Shown here: piece after piece, positions 18,534 through 27,451 of the stretch | Layout: every line of letters starts with the position of its first letter | Numbering within the stretch: the stretch's first letter is position 1 | Source: Methanobacteriota archaeon | Lineage (GTDB): Archaea; Thermoplasmatota; Thermoplasmata; UBA10834; DTMW01 | Assembly: GCA_011046235.1 (NCBI GenBank) | Contig: DSAX01000065.1 | Span: forward strand, 1-33,378 | Direction: 5' to 3' | DNA length: 33,378 nt | The notes under the pieces: generated by a model | The model's input: only the letters and a program-made list of their open reading frames with translations | The model's database searches: none | Told to the model about the DNA's origin: nothing | Position numbers and translations under genes: made by a program

Positions 18534-19274
18534 ATGATTAAGAAGAGGGTTGAGATCGGCGAGACAGCCGCTACCATCTCTTGCGAGGAAAGGTATCTCC
18601 AGCCGGTCATCGACGGGATCATCTCGGCAAGGAAGCAGATCACGGCCTACGGGCGCGCTAACCCGGATTTCTTCCTTTCCCTGGAGCCGATGGATCCAGA
18701 GCCGGGAGCTCCTGCCATCATAAGGAGAATGTGCATTTCCTCGGGCAGATCCGGAACCGGCCCTATGTCCTGCGTCGCGGGAGCAGTGGCCGCGGCCGGG
18801 GTCCAGTCGGCCATAGAAATGGGGTCGGAGCACTGCGTCGTCGACAACGGCGGCGACCTCGCAATGATCCTGAAGAGCCCGGTAAGCGTTGGAATCCTGG
18901 ATTCGCTTGAATCGGGATTCCTTCCGACTGTGGAGGTCGGGCCGACCGGGGGCGCGATAATCGGGATTTGCACCTCTTCCGGAGCCTACGGTCATTCAAT
19001 AAGCCTCGGCAGGGCGGACTCGACCACAGTCATGGCGCGCGACCCGATATTGGCAGATGCTTTGGCGACTGCTGCATGCAACGCATGTTCGGAGCCGTCG
19101 GAGATTCGGAACGCGTTGCGAGCGCTGCAGGATTTCGACGAGGTAATTTGGGCAGTTGCGAAGATAGATGGATTCATCGGCACCTTTGGGGATATGCCCC
19201 GGGTCAAATTCACTGAGAAGAGCAGGTCAGGCCTGACAATCCATTCGGCATTCAGAGCCGAGGTGCCAATCTGA
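18534..19274 (+). CDS. UPF0280 / ApbE-like sulfide-assimilation protein (MA1715, COG2122-like)
   Basis: GPMSCVAGAVA, VDNGGDLA, GICTSSGAYGHSISLGRAD, LADALATAACN. Confidence 0.88.
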   Translation: MIKKRVEIGETAATISCEERYLQPVIDGIISARKQITAYGRANPDFFLSLEPMDPEPGAPAIIRRMCISSGRSGTGPMSCVAGAVAAAGVQSAIEMGSEHCVVDNGGDLAMILKSPVSVGILDSLESGFLPTVEVGPTGGAIIGICTSSGAYGHSISLGRADSTTVMARDPILADALATAACNACSEPSEIRNALRALQDFDEVIWAVAKIDGFIGTFGDMPRVKFTEKSRSGLTIHSAFRAEVPI

Positions 19275-19304
19275 GGACGATGACATTCGTGGGGATCGGA
19301 TAAT

Positions 19305-20669
19305 ATGAAGGTAATGAAGTTCGGCGGAACCTGTATGAGCAACAATGAGATGATGACCAAGGTCGAGGATGTCATCGCCAGGGAAAAGGAGGAGAAGGTA
19401 ATCCTCGTCTCAGCGGTTGCAGGCGTTACTGACAATATCTCCGGGTTCATAGAAAGCTTTCACTCGGATGAGGAGATCGAGAACTATGTCAAGGAGCTCA
19501 AGAAGCTCCATCTCAAGCTTCTCCCCCCGGATGAAGATCTGACGAAGGAGGCGACAACCGCGCTCGACCAGCGCTTCAACAAGCTCGAGACTCTGCTATA
19601 CGGCGTCAGCTACACCGAGGAGATCACGCCGAGGACACGCGATCTGATAATCAGTATGGGCGAGAGGCTCTCGTCGATCGTATTGGCGACAAGGCTTAGG
19701 GCGAGGGGGCTGAACTCGTCCTTCTTCAACTCAGATGAACTGGGCATCATCACGGACGGAGTCCACGGCAACGCGACTGCAGACCTGAAGGAGTGCGAAA
19801 GAAGCGTGGGTCCGAAGATATTTGCCCTTTCAAAGGCTGGCGTCATACCAGTTGTGACCGGATTCTTCGGAATTTCTCCCGGAGGACATGTGACCACTTT
19901 CGGAAGAGGTGGCACAGATTACTCCGCCTCGGTACTCGGATTCGCCTGTAGCGCTTCAGTCATCGAGATATGGAAGGATGTAGACGGTTTCATGACAGCC
20001 GATCCAAAGATGGCAACGGACGCGAAGCAGGTGGACAAACTATCATACGAGGAGGCTGCTGAGCTGGCATACTTCGGAGCTAAGGTCCTGCATCCGAGGA
20101 CCGTCTTTCCAGCTATGGAGAAGGATATACCGATCGCGGTCAGAAACGTCCTGAAACCGGATTCCGCGGGCTCAATGATATTCAAGAATTCGACGAAACG
20201 AAAGAACATCCTGAAGAGCGTGTCCTACCTGAGAAACATCGCGACGATCAAGGTCTTCGGGACGGGTGCGGGGTACAAGACCGGCTTTCTTAGAGATATT
20301 TCCGAGGCGATGTCTGAGGCCGACATCAACATCTACTCTGCGACCACCTCTCAGACATGCGTCGCGATGCTGATCGAGAAGTCCGATGTCAAGAAGGCTC
20401 AGGATATTCTGGAGAAAATGCTAGGAGGGTACTACGAGCGCCTCGAAGTGACGGAGAACATCGCACTTATCTGCACGGTGGGATCCGGCTTGGCGAGTAC
20501 TCGCGGAATAGCCGCACGCGTGTTCAAGGTGGTGGCGGCAAACGACGTGAACGTCGATCTGATATCTGCGGGAGCATCTACCGTTGCCTACCATTTCACG
20601 ATCGACAAGAAGGATCTACAGAAGACGATCAGGGCGATACACGACGAGTTCTTCCCGAAGAAATCCTGA
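19305..20669 (+). CDS. lysC: Aspartate kinase with C-terminal ACT domains
   Basis: VMKFGGT, VSAVAGVTD, SMGERLS, TTFGRGGTDYSA, WKDVDGFMTADP, ELAYFGAKVLHP. Confidence 0.95.
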   Translation: MKVMKFGGTCMSNNEMMTKVEDVIAREKEEKVILVSAVAGVTDNISGFIESFHSDEEIENYVKELKKLHLKLLPPDEDLTKEATTALDQRFNKLETLLYGVSYTEEITPRTRDLIISMGERLSSIVLATRLRARGLNSSFFNSDELGIITDGVHGNATADLKECERSVGPKIFALSKAGVIPVVTGFFGISPGGHVTTFGRGGTDYSASVLGFACSASVIEIWKDVDGFMTADPKMATDAKQVDKLSYEEAAELAYFGAKVLHPRTVFPAMEKDIPIAVRNVLKPDSAGSMIFKNSTKRKNILKSVSYLRNIATIKVFGTGAGYKTGFLRDISEAMSEADINIYSATTSQTCVAMLIEKSDVKKAQDILEKMLGGYYERLEVTENIALICTVGSGLASTRGIAARVFKVVAANDVNVDLISAGASTVAYHFTIDKKDLQKTIRAIHDEFFPKKS

Positions 20670-20674
20670 GACAT

Positions 20675-22627
20675 CTATCGAACGATTCTGACGAAGGTAG
20701 TGTGATAGGCGGAATTACCGCCGAATCGCTGGATATAGTCCGATGTAATGAAGTTAATGTTCTTTCCTTCATCGCATAATTTCGGCCAAAAACCCGTGTA
20801 GACGACGACGACTCCGACAGGAATCCTGTCTGAGATTTCCACCGGCAGGGTCAGAGAACCGGTCTGGTTCTCAATTGTGACCTTCGATTGATCCATGAGG
20901 CCCAACGTTTTCGAATCCTCCGGGCTGATCAGGATCCTCTGGGCAATATCATCCTTGAAAAGTAGATGAGTCGATGAATGGTTCATCTCGAATGTGCATG
21001 GGCTGAGGAGCTGGTAGGGATGAGTTCCCTTCAATGGGACATGGTCAGGCACAGAGGGCAAACCGTCCTCCTCCGCCGATCTTGAATATATTTCTATCTT
21101 TCCCGAGGGGGTCTGGTAGACATCTAGGGGGAGAGGGGACATCTTGGCGAATCCCCTGCGTCTCAACGCCTGCATATCGGAATCGATCCTCCTGCTCTTC
21201 TTTACGATATTGGAGATTATTGTCTTCTGGTCCTCGTATAGCTCTTTCTGCCGAAGTCCCAGAGACTTGGCGAGCGATTTAAACAGCTCCACATTGCTCC
21301 TGGATTCCTCCCACGGAGTAGCAGCTGGCTCATTGAGATTTACATAGTCATGGAAGTACGAGGAGACGAGATCCAAGTGCTCGAACATCGAAGTCGCTGG
21401 GAGAACAATATCGCTCCAATCGGCAGTATCTGTCATGAAAAGATCGTGTGTTACGATGAACGCATCGCTCGATGATAGCGCTTTCCTTAGAGCGTTCTGA
21501 TTCGGAAGAGTCGCGAGCGGGTTGGAGTTGATCACAAGCAGTACCCGAAGCCGCTCCTCCTCGATCAGCCTTGGCAGCTCAAGCACATTGAAGGAGCTAT
21601 CTGGAACCGTTCTCAGGTCGGCGGCGGTGAGGTAATCCATGTCGAAATCAGTCGCGTCGTTCGTGTATATGAATCCACGGTGCTGCCCAATAATGGATGG
21701 AATGAGCGAAATCGTTCGCACCATTTCCCCGCCATTCCTCTGCCTCTGAAGGCCTAGGCCGATTTGAATCACGCAAGGCCGCAGAGAGACGAATTCGGTC
21801 GACAGCTCGGCAATATCCGAAGGTCTCAAGCCGGTTATCTCCGATCCTCTGTTGATATCGTACTTCCTGGCGACTTCAACAAGGTTCTCGAATCCGATGG
21901 TGAATCTCTGCAGGAACTCCTGGTCGTGCATGTTGTTCTCGACGATGTGGTTTATCATCGTCAGCGCAAGTGCAGCGTCCGTTCCGGGACGGATCTGAAG
22001 GTGTCTGCCCATCTCTGCGGTCGGCGTTCGAATTGGGTCGATCACCCATACCGAGGCGCCCTTCTTCTTTGCCTTCTGGACTAGCTGCGCGCCATGCATG
22101 TTCGTCCACTTCGAATTGATGCCCCATAGGACAATGAGCCGGGCTTCGGGTATTTTCTCTGCGGGATAACCGTTCTGGCTTCCGAAGTTGTACTCTAAAG
22201 CCGCGTCCCCCGCGGCGGAGCAAATCGTATCGGCACTAATCGATCCGTTTATCGCGTTCATGAACCTGAGCGGGAAATATCGGGATAGAGTTCCGGTGTT
22301 TGCGTGTGTGTCGTATAAGCCTATAGACGAAGATCCAGACTCCCGAGTGGCGGTCTTGATGCGATCCGAGATCTCTTTCAGGGCGTCATCCCAGGTGATC
22401 GCAGTGAACTGGCCCGATCCTCTTTCACCGATTCTCCTTAGCGGCGTCCCGATCCTCAGGTCTGACTGCACCTTCTTGGAAAAAGCGCGGATCCTGGGGC
22501 ATATGACGCCCTGGGTAATCGGATGGGATTTATTACCATCAATCCCTACGATTGCATTATCCCTTACGCGGATGATAAGACTACAGGCGTCGTAGCAATC
22601 TCTGGTACATGCACAAATGACATTCAA
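20675..22627 (-). CDS. Molybdopterin-dependent oxidoreductase (DMSO reductase superfamily, uncharacterised cytoplasmic subfamily)
   Basis: N-terminal CTRDCYDAC...C [4Fe-4S] motif, TICSAAG (putative Cys ligand), IDPIRT, IRPGTDAAL, DLFMTDTADWSDIVLPA, C-terminal molybdopterin-dinucleotide domain; no Tat signal; TTG start. Confidence 0.88.
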   Translation of the reverse strand: MNVICACTRDCYDACSLIIRVRDNAIVGIDGNKSHPITQGVICPRIRAFSKKVQSDLRIGTPLRRIGERGSGQFTAITWDDALKEISDRIKTATRESGSSSIGLYDTHANTGTLSRYFPLRFMNAINGSISADTICSAAGDAALEYNFGSQNGYPAEKIPEARLIVLWGINSKWTNMHGAQLVQKAKKKGASVWVIDPIRTPTAEMGRHLQIRPGTDAALALTMINHIVENNMHDQEFLQRFTIGFENLVEVARKYDINRGSEITGLRPSDIAELSTEFVSLRPCVIQIGLGLQRQRNGGEMVRTISLIPSIIGQHRGFIYTNDATDFDMDYLTAADLRTVPDSSFNVLELPRLIEEERLRVLLVINSNPLATLPNQNALRKALSSSDAFIVTHDLFMTDTADWSDIVLPATSMFEHLDLVSSYFHDYVNLNEPAATPWEESRSNVELFKSLAKSLGLRQKELYEDQKTIISNIVKKSRRIDSDMQALRRRGFAKMSPLPLDVYQTPSGKIEIYSRSAEEDGLPSVPDHVPLKGTHPYQLLSPCTFEMNHSSTHLLFKDDIAQRILISPEDSKTLGLMDQSKVTIENQTGSLTLPVEISDRIPVGVVVVYTGFWPKLCDEGKNINFITSDYIQRFGGNSAYHTTFVRIVR

Positions 22628-22787
22628 ATGAAATCACATCCGGATGAGAGCGTCAGGCGGCCAATAGCTCGGTTCCAGCCTTTGATAGCAATTTTCTGAA
22701 ATAAAAAATGATTGACGGCAATTGATTTTGGTACAGGGTAGAAGGAGTCTATCGAAAACCCTCCCATCTTCTGATCCTGAGGCATCA

Positions 22788-23189
22788 TTAGCTCTGCTCG
22801 ATTGTCTTTCTGTATTGTTCTGCTGAGATCAGCTCCTCGAGTTCGGATGGGTCTGTGATCTCGATCTCCACCAACCAGCCGGACCCATACGGGTCTTCGT
22901 TAATGAGCTCGGGCTTCGCCGGCTCGTCGTTCCCAACAAGCTCGACATTCACCTTTGCGATTTTCCCGCTGATTGGAGCATAGATTTCAGACCTGGCCTT
23001 GACCGATTCCACCGCGGCGAACTCCTCCCCCTTCTCGACACTCCTGCCCGCTTCTGGAAGCTCCACATAGACTACCTCGTGCAGCTCCTCCTGGGCAAAA
23101 TCGGTGATACCGATAACGGCGATGTTATCCTTGATCCTGATCCATTCGTGCGTGTCCACGTATTTCAGGTCATCTGGAACCTCGCTCAA
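22788..23189 (-). CDS. gcvH: Glycine cleavage system H protein (lipoyl carrier)
   Basis: HEWI, GITDFAQEEL, VESVKA (lipoyl Lys), APISG, PELINEDPYGSGWL. Start placed at TTG 23189 (MSEVPDDLKY) after GGGGA. Confidence 0.92.
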   Translation of the reverse strand: MSEVPDDLKYVDTHEWIRIKDNIAVIGITDFAQEELHEVVYVELPEAGRSVEKGEEFAAVESVKARSEIYAPISGKIAKVNVELVGNDEPAKPELINEDPYGSGWLVEIEITDPSELEELISAEQYRKTIEQS

Positions 23190-23262
23190 TGTGAATATCC
23201 CCTGCGTGGCGAATCCTCCTGATGGGATAAATAAGTTGAGAGATGTCATCTAATTTGCTGAG

Positions 23263-23754
23263 CTATAGGAACTCGGTGCAGGTCACGGCGGCGACGATCA
23301 GGATTAGACCGAGAACGGAGAGCGCTGAGTTGGCTACTATATCGTTATACTTGAAGTCGCCCCTGAACCTCCTGTTCGAGATGGGCCATAGCAGCCTGGT
23401 TCCCGCCCGAGTGAGCGAGTCGGTGGCCGGGTGCGAGAATGTCGATAGAAAAAGTGAAGCAAATATCGGGGCGATCCACCAATTGGAAAGGACAAATCCG
23501 GTGTATCGGACGATGAGTACGCATGGAATCATCATAGCCGCGGCAATCACGAGGGAAGAGCCGAGGCTATGGCTAAATTGGCTTCTGTGCGCCTTTTCAT
23601 CGGCCGCCGCGAAAATGAGATCCATATCGGGTATCACCGCGGATACACCGCCGAGGATGCCGAGCAAGCTAGCCATCGCAGCCTCGTGAGTGATCTGCGC
23701 GCCCGAAATCCACGAAATGCCCGCACCGAGGAGAAAATGCGTCTTGGTCTTCAA
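23263..23754 (-). CDS. Membrane-bound metal-dependent hydrolase (YdjM/DUF457-like)
   Basis: KTH, IPDMD, HRSQFSHSL, SHPATDSLT..G..LLWP motifs; several hydrophobic helices. Confidence 0.82.
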   Translation of the reverse strand: MKTKTHFLLGAGISWISGAQITHEAAMASLLGILGGVSAVIPDMDLIFAAADEKAHRSQFSHSLGSSLVIAAAMMIPCVLIVRYTGFVLSNWWIAPIFASLFLSTFSHPATDSLTRAGTRLLWPISNRRFRGDFKYNDIVANSALSVLGLILIVAAVTCTEFL

Positions 23755-23928
23755 GTCTGCACGTTCCTAAACGGCGATGATATTGAGTTCTATTTCAATT
23801 TGATTTTGCCTGTCTCAAAAGATTTATTGTTACAATATTGTGAACCTAATTCTCCCCGACAGGTTCTCGGGAAGCTTATTTAGTCCTTGAACAATCTACC
23901 CGGTCAATAGATATTGGAGGGATATCTC

Positions 23929-25047
23929 ATGGAGAAGAATTCGATCTCATTCCTTGAGCGACTGACGAACTGCTTTGGACCCTCGGGGTTCGAACGGGAG
24001 CCGCTCCTGATCGTCAAGGAATACGTCAAGCCGCATGTCGACAAGATCACGACAGACAAGCTCGGCTCCCTGCACTTCGAAAAGCGGGGTAGCGCCGACT
24101 TCCCCAGAGTCCTGCTGCCGGGACATGTCGACGAGGTGGGATTCGTCATATCCGGCATCAATAAGCAGGGATTTCTGACATTCAACCCGCTCGGAGGATG
24201 GTTCGACCAGATACTTCTCGGCCAGAGGATCCGTGTACGAACCAACCTGGGGGATGTGGACGGAGTGATCGCGGCAAAGCCGCCCCATCTCCTCCAGGAG
24301 GAGGAGCGCAACAAGGTGTTCAAGAAGGAGCAGATGTTCATAGATGTCGGGGCATCAAACGAAGACGAGGCCAAGGCCATGGGGATTCGCATCGGCAACC
24401 CCGCCGTTCCGATCTCAGACTTCTCGACTGTATCGAAGAAGAAATACAAGGATGGCAAACTCTCCGGGAAGGAGACCATCTGCTTCGGAAAGGCCTTCGA
24501 CGACCGGGTAGGCGCGTTCATATCTGCCGAGAGCGTCAGGATAATAGCGACTCAGAAGATAAAACACCCGAACACCGTGATCGGAGCCGCCACGGTTCAA
24601 GAGGAGGTAGGTCTTCGAGGCGCGAGGACCACCGGGTTCGTCACACAGCCCGATGTATGCATCACTCTGGAGGTTGACATATCCGGAGATGTTCCTGGGA
24701 TAGAGCCGCACCAGGCCCCGACTCGCATGGGCGATGGCCCGGGAGTGACGACATATGATGGATCGATGATTCCGAACCAGGGGCTCGTGGAGTTCGTGAT
24801 TGACACCGCGAAAAGGGCGAAGATACCATACCAGCTTTCGCAGATCGCGAGGGGAGGCACGGACGCGGGGATAATACATATTTCCAATGCTGGCTGCCCG
24901 AGCGTCGTCCTCGGTGTGCCCACGCGGCACATACACTCACATGTTGGCATCTGCAGCATGAAGGATATCGAGAACTCCGTGAAGCTCGTGGTGGAGCTGG
25001 TCAAGAAACTGGATAAGAAGACCGTTAACGATTTCACGAAGATTTGA
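23929..25047 (+). CDS. M42 family aminopeptidase (TET-like)
   Basis: GPSGFE, GHVDEVG, LGGW, KAFDDRVG, QEEVGLRGA, GGTDAG, RHIHS; ATG 23929 after GGAGG. Confidence 0.93.
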   Translation: MEKNSISFLERLTNCFGPSGFEREPLLIVKEYVKPHVDKITTDKLGSLHFEKRGSADFPRVLLPGHVDEVGFVISGINKQGFLTFNPLGGWFDQILLGQRIRVRTNLGDVDGVIAAKPPHLLQEEERNKVFKKEQMFIDVGASNEDEAKAMGIRIGNPAVPISDFSTVSKKKYKDGKLSGKETICFGKAFDDRVGAFISAESVRIIATQKIKHPNTVIGAATVQEEVGLRGARTTGFVTQPDVCITLEVDISGDVPGIEPHQAPTRMGDGPGVTTYDGSMIPNQGLVEFVIDTAKRAKIPYQLSQIARGGTDAGIIHISNAGCPSVVLGVPTRHIHSHVGICSMKDIENSVKLVVELVKKLDKKTVNDFTKI

Positions 25048-25063
25048 ACGGGAAGCTATACAG

Positions 25064-25552
25064 ATGTTGCTCTCTGACGGGGATATACTGAGACTGCTCG
25101 GGAGCGGGGAGCTGGTAATCGAGAACTTCCACAGGGAGAACCTGACCCCGAACGGATATGACCTGACGATCGCGCATATCTCTATACCCTCAAAGGATGC
25201 GGAAATTGAAGAAGAAAAAGCCGTTATCCCCCCAATGACCTGGTTTCTGGTCGGGACCGAGGAGGTGTTATCGCTCCCGGACGATTTGGCATGCGACCTC
25301 TGGATCAAGACTTCCTGGGCGAGAAAGGGGGTCATCAGCTCCTTCGGCAAGATCGATGCCGGCTTCAGGGGAAACCTGACTCTCTCGGCTTTCAACGCCT
25401 CTCGGAACGAATTGGATATCTCCATCGGGCAGAAATTCGCCCAGATGAGCCTGATTCCACTGCATTCCCGAGCGGAAAAGGGGTACGCCGACAGGAGCGG
25501 GAACTTTCAGGACCAGCGTGGAATTACAATAGAGCCGCGCAAGCTCATTTGA
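25064..25552 (+). CDS. dcd: dCTP deaminase/dUTPase family protein (probably a dUTPase)
   Basis: MLLSD, LTPNGYDL, KTSWARKG, IDAGFRGNLTL, KFAQ, YADRSGNFQDQRGIT. Confidence 0.85.
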   Translation: MLLSDGDILRLLGSGELVIENFHRENLTPNGYDLTIAHISIPSKDAEIEEEKAVIPPMTWFLVGTEEVLSLPDDLACDLWIKTSWARKGVISSFGKIDAGFRGNLTLSAFNASRNELDISIGQKFAQMSLIPLHSRAEKGYADRSGNFQDQRGITIEPRKLI

Positions 25553-26552
25553 GCGAGATGTCGAAGCCGTAGTATCTGAGGGTAGGGGAGTAGCTCTTTA
25601 CCATCCTGCTGTCTATATTTTCGACAGACCTGCCCAGTTCCGATATCTTGCACGAGATCGCATCAATTCTGTCCTCGAGCTCATCCTCGGCCATGATGTC
25701 GTATAGATGTATGATTCCGCCGTCCAGAAGCATTTCGCAGGCGATATCGAGGAAGTCAAAGGCGGAATGTGGCAGGTTCATTATTATGCGGTGAACGGGC
25801 GGTATTTCGGAATATATTTCCCTCACATCTCCCAAGAACGGTTTAACGACCTCCGTCACCTTGTTCAACTCGATGTTTTCCTTTAGCAGCTGGAACGCGA
25901 CTTCGTTTATGTCGCACGCGTAGACCATCTCCGGTGAATGGGTCTTAGCGATCAATATTGTAAAAGGGCCTACACCAGCAAACATGTCGAAGACTCTTTC
26001 ACCGTTGCGGACCTGGTCCGCGACGAGCTTCCTCTCGGTCGCCAGCCTCGGTGAGAAGAACATGGTCCGCGGATCGACTGAGAACACGAGGCCGTGCTCT
26101 CTGTAGCTCGTGAGCGTATCCGAAGAACCGTATATGATCTCCAGGTCCCTTGTACGCTCCTCACCTCTCACGCCCGAGTCGAGGCAGACCGTCTTGACCG
26201 GTTTGTTCACCTTCGCAATCGCCCTCCCGATCTTCTTCCGGTGCTTCCGGAGCTCATCCGAAAGCCTCACTATGGCCACATGACCGATGATGTCAAGAGA
26301 GCTCGGGAGAAGCGTTTCGAGCTCATCAGGCATATCCAGCAGATCCCTGTAATCTGTCGGCAGCTGCTTGAGCTCCCGGAAAGAGCGGGTGACCAGTTCG
26401 TAGCCCAGATCGACATTTATCTTGATAGGGAAGTAGACGTTCTTCGAATCTGAGCCGACCTGGAGGTCGGTCCTGAGGGCGCCCTTCTCCATCAACTTCT
26501 TCCTCAGCTGCTCCGCCTTTTTCTTGGGCACGACGACTGCGATGCTCTCCAT
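25545..26552 (-). CDS. trm5: tRNA (guanine37-N1)-methyltransferase Trm5 (Met-10+ family)
   Basis: SLDIIGHVAI, FFSPRLATER, DMFAGVGPF, DINE, IIMNLP (Trm5b/c-type NLP motif). Confidence 0.82.
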   Translation of the reverse strand: MESIAVVVPKKKAEQLRKKLMEKGALRTDLQVGSDSKNVYFPIKINVDLGYELVTRSFRELKQLPTDYRDLLDMPDELETLLPSSLDIIGHVAIVRLSDELRKHRKKIGRAIAKVNKPVKTVCLDSGVRGEERTRDLEIIYGSSDTLTSYREHGLVFSVDPRTMFFSPRLATERKLVADQVRNGERVFDMFAGVGPFTILIAKTHSPEMVYACDINEVAFQLLKENIELNKVTEVVKPFLGDVREIYSEIPPVHRIIMNLPHSAFDFLDIACEMLLDGGIIHLYDIMAEDELEDRIDAISCKISELGRSVENIDSRMVKSYSPTLRYYGFDISLK

Positions 26553-26659
26553 TTCGACCCTGGGAGCGTGTTACAGAAGAATAACAGTTGCGGAGGCACA
26601 TATCCGGCCATGGGAAACAATATCTACCCTGTAATAGCTAGCACTGACGGCGTTGTCCA

Positions 26660-27451
26660 ATGGGCAAGATAGTTCTGATCGGGCTCGGCCTGCACGACGA
26701 GAAGAGCATAACGCTGGAGGCTCTGGAATGCGCCAAAGGGTGCGACATGCTGTTCGCTGAGCAGTACACATCGCTTCTCGCGGAGGGCTCAATCGAGAGA
26801 TTGGAGCGAAGGATCGGCAAGGAGATACAGCTGCTCGACAGAAAGCGCATCGAGGACGGCAGCTTCTTGATTCTAGCAAGGGAGATGGCAATCGGCCTTT
26901 TGATCCCGGGAGATCCTATGACAGCGACCACCCATGTCGACCTCCGGATAAGGGCGCACGAGAAGGACATCGAATGCGAGATAGTGCACGGGACTTCCGT
27001 AATCGTCGCCGTCCCCGGGATACTGGGGTTGCAGCATTACAAGTTCGGCAGGACCGTGACAATACCTTTCAACGAGGCAGGATATGACCCGACAAGTCCT
27101 CTGGAACTCCTGATGAAGAACCTAGAAAACGGTCTGCACACACTAGCGCTGCTCGATATACAGGCGGACAAGGAGAGATACATGACCGCCAACGAAGGGC
27201 TCGAATGGATACTGAGAACGGCCGAGAAATTGGGATATGATGTCATAGGAGAAAATTTGCTTGCATGCGTAGTTGCAAGAGCTGGATCGAAGGATTGCAT
27301 GGCACGCGCCGATAAATTGTCGGAGCTCATCAAAATGGAATTCGGACCGCCCCTGCACACGATCGTGATACCTGGGAAACTGCACTTCCAGGAGACAGAG
27401 GCACTGATACGCCTCGCGAAGGCTCCTCCTGAGTTGTTCATGAAGTTATAA
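26660..27451 (+). CDS. dph5: Diphthine synthase
   Basis: IGLGLHDE, AEQYTS, GDPMTATTH, GLQHYKFGRTVT, GLHTLALLD, FGPPLHTIVIPGKLHFQE. Confidence 0.95.
   Translation: MGKIVLIGLGLHDEKSITLEALECAKGCDMLFAEQYTSLLAEGSIERLERRIGKEIQLLDRKRIEDGSFLILAREMAIGLLIPGDPMTATTHVDLRIRAHEKDIECEIVHGTSVIVAVPGILGLQHYKFGRTVTIPFNEAGYDPTSPLELLMKNLENGLHTLALLDIQADKERYMTANEGLEWILRTAEKLGYDVIGENLLACVVARAGSKDCMARADKLSELIKMEFGPPLHTIVIPGKLHFQETEALIRLAKAPPELFMKL

Noticed and set aside
23190-23249. ATG 23249 start for gcvH, and similarly GTG 28369 for the FtsZ-like gene
   Set aside because: The extensions are non-homologous; the gcvH one covers a TATA-like TTATTTAT and the downstream starts fit the family N-termini
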